DNA from: Dimorphilus gyrociliatus
Lineage: Eukaryota > Animalia > Annelida
DNA: 64,000 bases
Assembly (NCBI GenBank): GCA_904063045.1
Contig: CAJFCJ010000001.1
Location: forward strand, 2,542,001 to 2,606,000
Direction: 5' to 3'
Shown here: positions 13,300-24,947 of the stretch, piece after piece
Numbering within the stretch: position 1 is the first letter of the stretch
Layout of the letters: every line of letters starts with the position of its first letter
The notes under the pieces: generated by a model
Database searches by the model: none
What the model saw: the letters and a program-made list of their open reading frames with translations, nothing else
Told to the model about the DNA's origin: nothing
Translations under genes and position numbers: made by a program

Positions 13300-13750
13300 G
13301 CTTAACATTTATATTCTTATTGGTTTGTGGTAAATGAAACCTTGGTGTAATTACTATGATCATGAAAGTAGGAGGAACTCCTTGGAGTACTATAAATCTG
13401 ATTCTCCACCTCGCAAGAAGTGTAAAATGACTCCAACATGGGATAAATTTCTTGTAGTAGTATCCTGGGATACTCAAGGTATCATTCACCTTTAATATAC
13501 AGAATCCAAAAGAGAGAATAAACGCTGATATATATATTAGCATCTTGAAGATGAGAAGATTTAGATCAGGAAAGGGTGTTAGTTGCACAAATCGACAATC
13601 CAAGATGTTATACTACAAAAAAAAAAACACAAAAGATTCTATGGAAATCACTCTATAGTAGATGCTAATACATCCAACAGACTCGCCGGCTATGGCTCCA
13701 TCCAACTACTTGTTAGGGCATTTGAAGAACGATTGGCGCGAGTCCATTGA
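13300..13750 (+). mobile_element. Decayed mariner (Tc1/mariner) transposase relic
   Basis: Frameshifted and stop-containing translation: VCG.ET.V.YYDHESRRNSLEYYKSDSPPRKKCKMTPTWDKFLVVVSWDTQGIIHL*, then DNPRCYT and DSPAMAPSNY. These match the mariner motifs GDETW, VFWDxxGII, DNARPH and SPDLAPSDY. Confidence 0.75.
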
Positions 13751-14420
13751 TAAAAATAGCGAATTTAATGTAAAGTAATGATTGTATATCAATTAGAATT
13801 TTTTGTTTTACTTTGTTTTTCCTATACATATACTCATTACTATAGAAATTAGATAGTTTTTCCCTCGATACCTTTAGATTAACCCTTATTTCCCTTATAT
13901 TTAGATTTGTAATTTTGTATTATCAACAATTAAATTTTAAATTACATTAAAAATTTTGTTTTCAATATTAAAAGATAAGTTAAAACTACAAAGAAAACAT
14001 AAAATATACTATAAAATCATTTTCTTTTTGGAATTCATTAATTAGAATTCATGAATTAGATGTATGATTTTAAGAGTTGTTATTTTTTTAAAATTTCAAA
14101 TTTTAACGGTTTAGTTAGGTCAATGACAGTAAGCAGAGTACTTTTCACCAACACGGGGTATGGACTATTATAAATTTATATACTGCGCTTATCTTTGCGC
14201 AGTTATGAGCACTATCACGCCTACAGGAAATGGGTAGAGAATGATGTACTATTGTATAGCGTGCGACTAGCGTGCGACAGTTACACGTGACCACAGAATA
14301 AATTGTTCAAGATTTTTCTGGTATCTAATTCGTATTTATATCATTTCAAAGAGAAAATTTACTTTTTAGATTATTATATCTTGTAATAGATCAACATTTA
14401 ATTAAGAAGTTGTCTTTAAA

Positions 14421-16355
14421 ATGGAAGTAATCGAAGTTATTAAGCCTAAGAGGCCAAAAATGTATAGCGGGCCTGATGGAGCGCTGGTGAAGAAAATGTC
14501 ATACACTCTTTCAACTATTAAACGACAAATGAAAAAACAAGTATATACCATTGGTTATCTAAAGAAAAGATTATATTGGAGTGAGAAAGTATTAGACGTT
14601 ATACGAGAAAATTTAGACGAAGCGTCAATGTCGTTTATGCGTTGGCTGGAACTGAAATCAGACTGCGTAGATATGATTGAAAAAGCGGAGAATGGATTAT
14701 ATGTGGGCAGAAGAGACAAACCCTTCGGCACTGATGTAAGCGATGATATTACGCGTGACGACGTGATTATAGATACTAATAGAATAAGGCATGAGAGGGA
14801 TATTGCTTGTTACGAGGTCATGAAAACGACAGAAAATCAAAATTATTTTTCAAATTTGAACGAGCAATTGACGAGGAAAAGAAAAGCAAGGACTACTCCG
14901 ACCGAGATATCAGCAGCAACTAGTTCCGGTTTACGAAACAGACCGTTAATTTCAAATGAACGAAGACTCAGTTTATATAGGCAGCAGACTCAAAGGCCAA
15001 GTTTTGAAGGTAATCTTCAAAACTGTGAGATATTTGTAGATGGTATTAGAGTGGGCGATAGACAAAATACATCAATCGAAATTAAACGAGAAATAATCGA
15101 TAACAGTCCAATAAAGAATTTTTCAGACATTAATATTCGTCAACAGACATCTATTTACAACAACGATATGGCAAGGTTACAAAAATCATTCGGAGAGACA
15201 GCCAAAGAGAAAACGGGAGAGAGTTTTTTAACATCGAAGCCCGTAGATAATGAAATCGAGCAGCTGGTTAGTAAACATTTGAGAAATCTAACAAAGGAAT
15301 TTGAAAGTAAAACGACAAAGATGTGGCAAACTGTGGAAGAAAGAATAACTAGCAAAATTGTTGATAAGTTGGACGGAATGGAAAAGAAATTGGATAGTAA
15401 TTGCAAAGTCATGAGGGCTGTTCAGGAACTTCATTTCGATGATATTAGTAAACGAGTTGAGTCGACAGAAAGTAAACTTGAAAAGCTTGAATACCAATCC
15501 AAAGTTAACAAGTCAATAAGTAATAAAGCGAGCACATCCAACGAAGATAAACAGATAAACAGAGAGGAACGAATCAAGTACATTGAAAGTGTTAAGCCTA
15601 TATTTAATGGAGAATTTGGATCGTTTGATAAATTTCAGACTCAATTTCAGAATATTGTCAGAAAATATAATTTTAGCAATCAAGAGAAATTACAATTATT
15701 AATAGCATCAGTTGGAGATAGTGTAAAGCCCTTATTAGATAAGTATAAGGAGGATGTAAATCATGGATATAAAAAAGCCATCCTGACATTGAAGCAAAAA
15801 TTTACGTCGTTTGACGAAGAGAACTGTAAAAAATTGATGGCGGTTGGCTCAGTCAAAAATGGTGACACTGATAGTTTGGACCGTTTGGCAGATGTTCTTT
15901 GTTCCATCCAGCAGGAATATCTGCGTGAGGGAAACTATAGTAAAGAACGCTTGAAGGGACTGGTCAATATGGTTACGCTATCGCAAATGGACCATTCTTT
16001 AAACAAGAAGTGGACACAAGCTGTCGTCAAATATAACGACCCGTCATTATCGAACTTTTTACACTTTGTGTACAGAGAAGCGACCCAAGCGCGGAAACAG
16101 GAAAATACTCCTAAACCATCTTTACTTGAATCGGCAACCAAGTGTTACTATTGCCAGAAAACGCATCTGCTGAGCAATTGTCAAGACTTTTTGAAACAGC
16201 CAGAAAGAGAGAGGCTAGCTTTCGTTGTACAGGAAGACCTATGTAAAAACTGCCTGAGTAAGCTACACGATACGGTAAATTGTTTAATAGGTCCCTGTTA
16301 CAAGTGTAAAGAGATGCTGAACTCAGCAATACACTCTTGTGGGATTCATAATTGA
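14421..16355 (+). CDS. BEL/Pao-type Gag-like protein (DUF1759-like core + zinc knuckles), solo ORF without pol
   Basis: 644-aa intronless ORF with a coiled-coil middle, PIFNGEFGSFDKFQTQF...EKLQLL...YKKAILTLKQKF (BEL gag core) and knuckles CYYCQKTHLLSNC, CKNCLSKLHDTVNC and a degenerate CYKCKEMLNSAIH. The stop follows immediately; no protease, RT or LTR downstream. Confidence 0.8.
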   Translation: MEVIEVIKPKRPKMYSGPDGALVKKMSYTLSTIKRQMKKQVYTIGYLKKRLYWSEKVLDVIRENLDEASMSFMRWLELKSDCVDMIEKAENGLYVGRRDKPFGTDVSDDITRDDVIIDTNRIRHERDIACYEVMKTTENQNYFSNLNEQLTRKRKARTTPTEISAATSSGLRNRPLISNERRLSLYRQQTQRPSFEGNLQNCEIFVDGIRVGDRQNTSIEIKREIIDNSPIKNFSDINIRQQTSIYNNDMARLQKSFGETAKEKTGESFLTSKPVDNEIEQLVSKHLRNLTKEFESKTTKMWQTVEERITSKIVDKLDGMEKKLDSNCKVMRAVQELHFDDISKRVESTESKLEKLEYQSKVNKSISNKASTSNEDKQINREERIKYIESVKPIFNGEFGSFDKFQTQFQNIVRKYNFSNQEKLQLLIASVGDSVKPLLDKYKEDVNHGYKKAILTLKQKFTSFDEENCKKLMAVGSVKNGDTDSLDRLADVLCSIQQEYLREGNYSKERLKGLVNMVTLSQMDHSLNKKWTQAVVKYNDPSLSNFLHFVYREATQARKQENTPKPSLLESATKCYYCQKTHLLSNCQDFLKQPERERLAFVVQEDLCKNCLSKLHDTVNCLIGPCYKCKEMLNSAIHSCGIHN

Positions 16356-16670
16356 GAAATGTTATAAATGGTAAAATTTTGACAACATAAATCATCTTTT
16401 ACTGTTAAAAAGTTTTTCATCTTGAACATTTGATTGTAAAACATTCAATTTGTATGTAAAATCTTTCCATTTAGCGCTAACGTGTAAGCAATATCTATCC
16501 ATTGTTATTATGAATGTTCGTAAACAAAATGTAATATTATGTGAAAGACAAGTCGTGTAGTTCTAAAAACTAAAAACTGGTAATTATTGATGGTAAACAC
16601 TCTGGAAATGGAGGATAATGAAGCAATTTCTGAACTCTCTATTTGTTCCATAGATTGTCTTGAACAGTCT

Positions 16671-17687
16671 TTAATTTAAATTTACTGTCTTCAATCTTAT
16701 TACCTTTAAAAATTCATTTCTAAACTTTGTACCAGATATTAAATAAATGTAAAAGTTACCGCCATTATTCATAAATGATAATAATGAAGTATATAATAGA
16801 TATCTAGTTATTTTAAAATATTTTTGATAGTTTCGACCATACGCTTCAATTTCTGTGAATACTATTGTTTTTATGAAATTCGGTACTGTTGTTAATAGGA
16901 AGAAAAATGAAACAAAGAGCAACATTCTTGTCAATTCCGATAAATTTTCATCATCGTTTGTTGTTGACATTGTTATTTCTCTTATCATTTGATTTCTCTT
17001 TGATAGCACGTACACCATTGCAAAGTTTATGAATAGAATTCCAATACTCGGAATTAAACCTCCAGCTATATTTTGGAAATGAGCGAGAAATTTAGTCGCA
17101 TAGGTCGTATATTGGGGATTTGATTGAATGCATACAAAGATACTATTCCACTTGTCGTTTTCATCATGAATAAAACGACTTGATCCTTTCACACCAACGT
17201 AAATAGTAAAGGAAAAGATTAATACTAGAATTAGAACTGATAGTGAACAAGCCACAAACGCCTTCCTCTTTGTACATATTGTAGATGCTTTGAGTGGAAA
17301 GAAGATAAACATACTTCTATCAATAGTCATGATCAACATCAACCATCCACTTCCAGAAAATGCAACTGGATAGGCAAAGTAAGTGATTGCGCAGGTATAT
17401 ATTTTCCTCGCATTTAGACTGAGATTGATAAAACCAGACAAAGACGTAGAAAAGATGAGACTATATAGAGCAAAAAGTGAAAAGCAGTCAAATATTGCCA
17501 AAAACCTCATATATACGGATAAAGTTGTTGTCCTAAAGCTCTTTCTACTGCTGATTATATATATCATTATATTTCCAAATATACCTAACAATACAATCAA
17601 AGACGCACAAGTTGTATAACTTATTGTGAAATATTTTGTTTCTGATTTAAAATTCAAGTAGTCTCTTAAATAGGATGAGTTTGCCAT
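16671..17687 (-). CDS. Intronless class A (rhodopsin-like) peptide-receptor-type GPCR (FMRFamide-receptor-like expansion type)
   Basis: 7 hydrophobic segments; GIFGN (TM1), LAIFD (TM2), TIDRSMFIFFPLK (DRY equivalent), FLLTTVP (TM6), NNGGNFYIYLISGTKFRNEF (TM7/H8). First ATG at 17687. Confidence 0.9.
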   Translation of the reverse strand: MANSSYLRDYLNFKSETKYFTISYTTCASLIVLLGIFGNIMIYIISSRKSFRTTTLSVYMRFLAIFDCFSLFALYSLIFSTSLSGFINLSLNARKIYTCAITYFAYPVAFSGSGWLMLIMTIDRSMFIFFPLKASTICTKRKAFVACSLSVLILVLIFSFTIYVGVKGSSRFIHDENDKWNSIFVCIQSNPQYTTYATKFLAHFQNIAGGLIPSIGILFINFAMVYVLSKRNQMIREITMSTTNDDENLSELTRMLLFVSFFFLLTTVPNFIKTIVFTEIEAYGRNYQKYFKITRYLLYTSLLSFMNNGGNFYIYLISGTKFRNEFLKVIRLKTVNLN

Positions 17688-18382
17688 TTCATAGATGATG
17701 TAATAAGGACTAAGTAACAATTAATTTTTATTATTTCAAATAAAGAATATCTTACTTTATTACATTTAGTTAGTGAAAAACATCAATAGGATAATGCACA
17801 AGTTTTTCATTCATTTCGTTTTTGTATCTTATATCATTAGCTTCGTTTTGTAAGAGATTAATTAATTTTGGGCGTTAAATGTTACACTTATATTATCTTT
17901 TAGTTTAAATAAATATTACATTTTTAATTCAATTATTATTAGATAATTTATTATCCTTTGTATTATTAAGACTTCCATAGTTCTCAACTTTTTTCTTGAA
18001 TTCTCTTACCCGTATCAATTGGGATTGAAAGAGTGATTGATGAAATGAAATATCTCTCTTTTCCTCTCTGATTATATGTTATTACGTTTTTTTTCTATTC
18101 AATAGTGTATCGTAATTAAATATGGGCGTTACTTTTCGTTATATAAACAAGGTAAATGATTAGTAGATACAGTTTGTACAGAGTACTGAACGCTCAGGTA
18201 GGAAAAGTTTAGATGAAGATAATGGGATATAAGAAAACAATCTTATAAAAGCCGACATCATTATTCTTTATACAGTATATACAGTGTATAAATAAAGAGT
18301 TATAAATACTTAAATAAAAAAATTTAGGACCAAACATCTGTGACTGTATTGAACACGGTTAACATGTTGTCGAACCATCGAA

Positions 18383-21300
18383 TCAGAACACGATCTTATT
18401 TTCTGCCTCATTAAGAGTAGCTCTTGAAATCTTAAGGCGAAACTCGCGAAACTCCGATACCATATAATGATTAATACTCTTTTTCTCGAAGGGATATGAT
18501 GAATGCCTGCGATGCACCGACACCATACAATGATCAATACACTTTTTCTCGAAGGAATCTAATAGAGACTTCCCTATGCTTTTTAAATCTGTCAAGTCCT
18601 GAAATTTGTCCAAAGATGACATGTAAGGTAGAATAGAAATTTGTCCAATCTTAGCTATCTGTCTGAAGTCGTTTGTAGAAATAAAAATATTAGTTGTTCT
18701 AATATTTCCATGAACTTTAAAGTGCTTGTAGACGTAGTTCAAACCAGAAACTATATCGTCAAAGAGTTCACGCTCTATATCCTCATTTTTTTTGTCCTCT
18801 AGCCAGTTCTCTAAATTTAAACAAATATATTCCATTTGAACGTATATTTGTAATATTGGCTCTTTTGTTCTAGGACTGCTCTCTAGCCATATTTGGAAAT
18901 ATCTCAGCACATTTGAATGTTTAAATTGAAGTAGACTATAAACGTTTTTTATTGTCTGAAAGGAAAAGTGTTGCATTAACATTTTATTAGATTAAATTTA
19001 TATTCTTCATACTTGCAAATAATTACGTTTACTAATGTCTACAAATTTAATTTTCTTAGCGTCTACAATAAAAATCCCTTTGTCCAGATTCTTTTGAACC
19101 TAAAATAGAAGAAAATGAAATTTGAAAACTTAAAAAAGTTCATTTTAAAGAAAATTCAAACCTTTGCAACTAATCTAGTTTTACTTTGATGTACAATTGC
19201 GCTAATTGTGAAACTACCTTTAAAAAAATTTTTTTTAAAAGGCTTGATCTGTTCACTTACAACAAGTTGATTAATCAATGCTTGTTTTTTTTTATCAAGT
19301 TTTGAATTATCAAAGACGGAATCCCAAGGAAATCCTTCCGCCAGACATTCTGAAAAACAATCATTTTTTTTTGACTTAAGACTAAGATTTTTAATTTGTT
19401 AAAGCAATAATTTGTAATATCTTACTCTGAAAATTTCTATAAGAAAACTCATAAAGATTTTGAAGGAGTTCACTAGCAAAGATTCTCTTTTCTTTTCGAG
19501 TCTTTCCCACGACCTATATGTCAATGATTTGTTATATATTTACATTGAGATATTTAAAAGCAACCTTAATTATGTAGATTGGACCGTTAATAGTTACCTC
19601 CTGATATGCGTTTCTATGATTCTTTGAAAATTTTAAAGACTTGGAGCAGACTGAAAGAATACTGCATGGATGAACACTTTTCCTATTGAACGAATACGGC
19701 AATTCTGATTTAGTATTTATACTATCTTCTTCGATTGTTTTAAGGTTTAATGATGGAGATTTCTTAACAAGCTGATGAGGAGGAATGCGTCTCATCTTAG
19801 AATCAGGTAAAGTCATAATTTTGACGTAATAAGAAAATAAAGTGAATTCATCAGGCTGGAGATCATTGCTATGTAGTAATAAACCATTATTAGTATTGTT
19901 TAATCTTTCTATAAAATCCTGAAGAGTTTTACACTTGCTAAGCATTAGTTGAAATACTCTTCCAAGGCTATAAATATCAGATGGATAAGAATATGTTGAC
20001 CCTTTTGCCTCTGGCGCTCGGAATATTAGTGTTCCAATATTAGATGTAAATTTAGTATCTTCAGTTTGAACATCGTGAATTAATCTTGATAGTCCAAAAT
20101 CGCCTACCTTAGCCATGAACTTGTTATTCTCTTTTATCACCAAAATATTTGAAGGTTTGATGTCTCTGTGTAATACCTCCTGCGAATGCATATATTCAAG
20201 AGCGGATAATAAGTTGTGCATCATATCTATTTCTGTAGAAAAGTCATAAATGGTCCCAATTTTACGAATGCTAAACAACCAATGTTCTAGATTCGCCAAA
20301 CATAGTTCGGTTTGAATATAAGCGTACAGGCGGGGAAGACGACTCAACCTTTTGTTCATTTCGATTTCTTTCAATGATTTACTCGAATTGACACTTGACG
20401 AGTAGAATGATAGACAATTCTTATCTTGTTCTTCAATTTCAACCCACGACGTGTAATATCTAACAATATTAGGATGATGAAGTTTAGCTAGCACAGACAT
20501 TTCTCTGAAAGACTAATAATTGATCCATATTATAAATTTCCTTACAAATTCACTTAAAATACCGTTTTTAGTACTGTAGAATCTAATGTCTGAAGTGCTA
20601 TTTCCTGCTTTTTTATAGCAAAATATTGACGGTTATTCTTGCTGGCCTAAAATAAATAATTTAATAAATAATTATAAAGATTCTATTAAAAAGATTAACT
20701 TTATAAACAACTCCAAATCCTCCTTTTCCAAGAATTTCTTTTTCTATATTTCTCTTTTTAGTATAGTCAAAATCTATTGTATGAGAGTGTGTTTGTTTCA
20801 TATCGTTTTTAATTAATTGTTTTAAGAAGTAAGTGTACAACTTCGCTTTACATTTCCATTCAACCACTATATTATCAACATTTTGGCTATTCAAAAAAAA
20901 CCAAAACTTCTTCTTACCTAAATGAAACAAAGTAAGAATTTATAATTGGTTGTAATAATAAAGTGTTACTTTTTCTTCTTAGAAGAATGCTAAAACATTT
21001 TTCCAAAGCTTTTACAGCTGCTTTCAATTTTCTTTTTTTCTTACTGGCCGTCTAGAGGTTGAAATTTACAAATTTATTTCTATTAATGCATAATAATTCA
21101 ATAATTTGTTGCCTTTATGAATGTGCCATCGATGAGTAATTCGTAATCAGATAATTCCATATTATACATTATTTTTTCGTTGAATAATTCCTTATTACAT
21201 GATCTTATGATTGTAATCATTTCTAGAGGTGATACCACAATTTTCAAGTCGCCGTCACCCTGTGGCCGTAAGTCAACATAGCCATGATTTACGTCTTGTC

Positions 21301-21484
21301 CATTATTTCTGCAAGATAAATGATTAAATCATACAAAAATACATAATAATAGACATTGCTTTTATATTAATACTTTCGGATTAGCGGTTCTCTTGTATTT
21401 AGCATGATAATGTATTTTTTTTGGTTCTACAGCCAACAAACATGCATAAAGATTCTCTGTCGTCATCATAATGTTCTTGAACAT
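18383..21484 (-). CDS. K2: degenerate dsRBM - active eIF2-alpha-type kinase - degenerate dsRBM - truncated pseudokinase
   Basis: Hand-spliced exons: YELLIDGTFIK|TASKKKRKLKAAVKALEKCF; LGKGGFGVVYK|..YFAIKK; HHPNIVRYYTSWVE, YIQTELC, HRDIKPSN, DFG, GTLIFRAPE; then HPCSILSVCSKSLKF..VTINGPIYIIK|VVGKTRKEKRIFASELL; second domain HSNVLRYFQIWLE, YVQMEYIC, HGNIRTTN, GQIS. Confidence 0.75.
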
Positions 21485-22473
21485 TCTACGATTCCTAGAT
21501 CACGTGTTAAAGGCAGCAATATTTTTAGGTATTTAGGTGTATATACATGGTTAAATACGAGGTTATATAATATATATCTTAATCGCTTATGATCCAATCA
21601 ACAACCTGCTTTTATTTAAACATTGAATATTCAATATCGTTATAAACTATTTCAGTATATGAAGGTGCAACCTAACTTGTACACTTATTGCTTTGATTGG
21701 ATATCTTATAACGTACTTTCGTTTTTGATTTGTTTTAGAATTTTGATAAAATGATGAAATATTAATTAGTTTATGATAAATATGATATATAGATATTGTA
21801 ATATATTTTTTATACCCTTTCTATTTTTAGTAGCTTTCCCCAAAATGTGATTTTCCTTGAAGAATACTCTGATAACTAATTTAAATATATGAATAAGCAT
21901 ATTCTTTTATTCACATATGTTATTGGTCATCATATAACACGTTAGTCTGCTGTCTGTAAGAAGATAATAGCATTGTTTGTTAAGGTTAGAAAATGTTAAT
22001 TAGCCAGGAAATTTAGATCAGTCGTATATGTAATGTACAGTTGATGACAAGCTAGTTGTTACATTCTGTAGAATACTCTATTTGTCAAAGTCATTCAGCA
22101 TGGCCTATTGGATTATTATCTAGTGTATATCAATGTACAGCTGTGGTGAGAAAATTGAAAATTCAGTAGCAGATTACCCATCCATATTTTTCAGTGGTTG
22201 ATTTTATGTATATACAGTATATTTTATTATATATATAAATAACAGAATTGATTCTATTAACCTATGTATGTATATAATAGCTTTTTATTATACGAAATTC
22301 ACAGATGAAGAACATTAATTCGCTATATATAAGACTTAATCTTATCTTTCTAATAATTATGTTTGATATACTGTGGACAGCTAGGTTAATAGTTTCGTTT
22401 TTTCAAATAGATCAACAAGTTAGAGAAGATATTTTGAAGAAGTTATAAAACTTAACATTGAAATTTATTGAAA

Positions 22474-24328
22474 ATGGCTTCTGCAAGTTCACAGAATTAT
22501 ACGTCACTTTTAAACGAACTTTTTCCGGGTCAAATCCAGGTGAAATTTCTTTTTCTCTTGTATTCTATTGAATATTATAGTCTTTTTTTTATTTTACAGT
22601 ATACGGAAGTTAAAAGTGGTCCAGACCACGATCCTACATATAAAATTTCGCTAAAGTTACGAGGAAAATCGTTTCAAGGAATTGCAACAAATAAAAAAAC
22701 AGCTAGAAAGTTATGTGCTGAACAAGCTTATAATCACTTTAAAAGCAATAGTATTAACGAAGAGAGAAGGGATTATCAATTATCTGAAGATGTCCTAAAT
22801 CCATCAGTAATTCTAAATAAAGTTACTAAAGGTACTAGATACAGTTTAGTCGAACAAAATGGTAATAATTCTACAGTGGACGTTTCAGTAGAGGGAGCTG
22901 TGTATCGGGTATTAATTAAAGCATAATTCAAATAATGCTTTAAAGCCGTTATTTAATATATAAATTAAAATTTTAAAGGGTACAGGTAGCGACGAAGCAA
23001 TGGCTAGAGCAGATGCAGCAGCTCGAGCTCTGACAACTCGATTTCAAATTGAATTTGATAGGGAAAATAATAGTATTATTTGACGGAACACATTTTAAAA
23101 ACTATTTTAATATATTTTCTTTATTTAAAATGTAGATCAAATCCCTAAAATTGCCTTAGCAAGTATAAAAAAACTATCTGGTAAAGTAGCCCCAAAAGTA
23201 CTTGAAGAAATTTACCAGAAAAGTTTAGAAGAGTACAATAAAGATATTTCTATCGATACTGGACATTTCAAGAGACATTTTTTTGATGAAACAGAACTTG
23301 GTTCGGGATCTTTTGGATCTGTTTCAAAGGTTTTAAATAATTTTCATCGTTAAAGGTGTATAACATATGTTTCATTATTTCTTTAAAGGTAAAAAGTCGT
23401 ACAGATTCACAATTCTACGCAGTCAAGAGGGTTACTTTGCTACCTTTGAAAAAAGAAGAAATTATGAAGGTATCACATTTGTTTCTTGCTTTATACTTTC
23501 CTCATTCACTTCCCTTTTTAGACGTCAAGAGAAGTTATCCACCTATCCGTCTTGAATCATTCAAACATTATTAGATACAATCGAGCTTGGTTTGAAATTG
23601 GATACATACCAACAGGTCCAGATCATATACCCTGTTTGCACCTGTATATTCAAACAGAATTATGCAATCATGATTTATCATATTGGATCAAAAACAGAAA
23701 AAATCATCCTGAAATTATTAACAATAACACTGATGAAGTGAAAATCATGCACGATGTTTTGTCAGCATTGAGTTATCTTTGTAAACAAAAAGTTATTCAT
23801 CGAGATATCAAACCTCAAAATATATTTATTATCGAAAGGTCAGATTCGAATGAACTAGTTGTAAAATTGGGCGATTTTGGTTTATCTAGAGTTAAAGATT
23901 CGATGGCGAAGCTCACTGGTGGTATTGGAACGCCTTTTTACTTTGCTCCAGAGGTATTAACTGGCGACTACAGCTACCCAAGTGATATTTTTAGCTTTGG
24001 TTTAGTAACTCTCGAATTATTTGGACTTCACAAAAGCTCTGACGAATTACGATTAGATGTTGGTGCACTTAGAAATGAAAATACACCGCCAGCTCAACTT
24101 AACCATAAATATCCCCAAATATACGACATCGTTAAGAAAATGACAAAAACCTCACCAACAGAAAGACCCACTGCAGACGAATTACTTAACATGGGTCTTT
24201 TTGAAAACTATTCATCGAGGAGTTATCAAGATTTGGTAAAAGAAAATGAGCAATTAAAGGCTACTGTATTTCAACAGAATAAAAGAATAGAAGAGTTACA
24301 GATGATAATCGATTCTCTTCGTACTTGA
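22474..24328 (+). CDS. K3: 2x dsRBM + eIF2-alpha-type kinase + C-terminal coiled coil (PKR-like architecture)
   Basis: dsRBM1 SLLNELFPGQIQ|YTEVKSGPDHDPTY...GIATNKKTARKLCAEQAY; dsRBM2 NPSVILNKVTKGTRY...AVYR|GTGSDEAMARADAAARAL; GSGSFG, YAVK, HSNIIRYNRAWFE, LYIQTELC, HRDIKPQN, DFG, GTPFYFAPE; heptad tail LVKENEQLKATVFQQNKRIEELQMII. Canonical GT-AG introns of about 55-70 bp. Confidence 0.9.
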
Positions 24329-24947
24329 TATTGAAGAATACAGCTAGACATCTCCTCTGGAATGATATTGCCTAAACTCTCTTCGATCTTTTAATACTGT
24401 TATTTAGTGCATTAATACATAATAAACTAATAAACAGTTTTACTTGAAAACACCATAAAATCTTTACTTTTCATTTATTGGATATTTAATATTCACAAAA
24501 TCTTTACAATCGTCATTTTTATGAATATTAATATGGTAGTATGTATGTATATTTTATACATATACGATGACATTACTCGCTATTTAAACTGGAGAACAAG
24601 ATCACTTTAGGGCAGGTAGTTGATTCACTAGCTGATATGAGTAATAAGTTATATCTAAAGCCAAATATTTAGAATTCGAAAGTAACTTGGCAAAAACCAG
24701 AAATCTATATAAAGTACGACTAGAGCAACCTAAAGGAGGTCTCTTACTATACTATTTATATGAGCAGACGAACTTAGTTGCTATTTTGACTCATTCAGAA
24801 GAGTTCTTAATTTAAAACACCATTAATTAACTTAAATCTTAAAGGTAAGAATTATGATTTATTTGATGGTACATTCTTACTTACGATCGTCGTTTAATGT
24901 CAAGGATATTTTTTAAACTATGACTTTCAATTTCAGTATTTACATTC

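Noticed and set aside
13280-13603. Minus-strand 107-aa ORF
   Set aside because: Antisense shadow of the mariner relic.
14290-14330. Possible LTR end + primer-binding site (aataaa..ttgttca..tggtatc) upstream of gag
   Set aside because: No matching second LTR is visible downstream, and TGGTATCTAATT does not match an animal tRNA 3' end that I can identify.
9581-16355. Integrase + gag as parts of one LTR retrotransposon
   Set aside because: The order is wrong, they belong to different superfamilies (Ginger2/KRBA2-type vs BEL/Pao), a host gene lies between them on the opposite strand, and there is no RT, RNase H or LTR pair.
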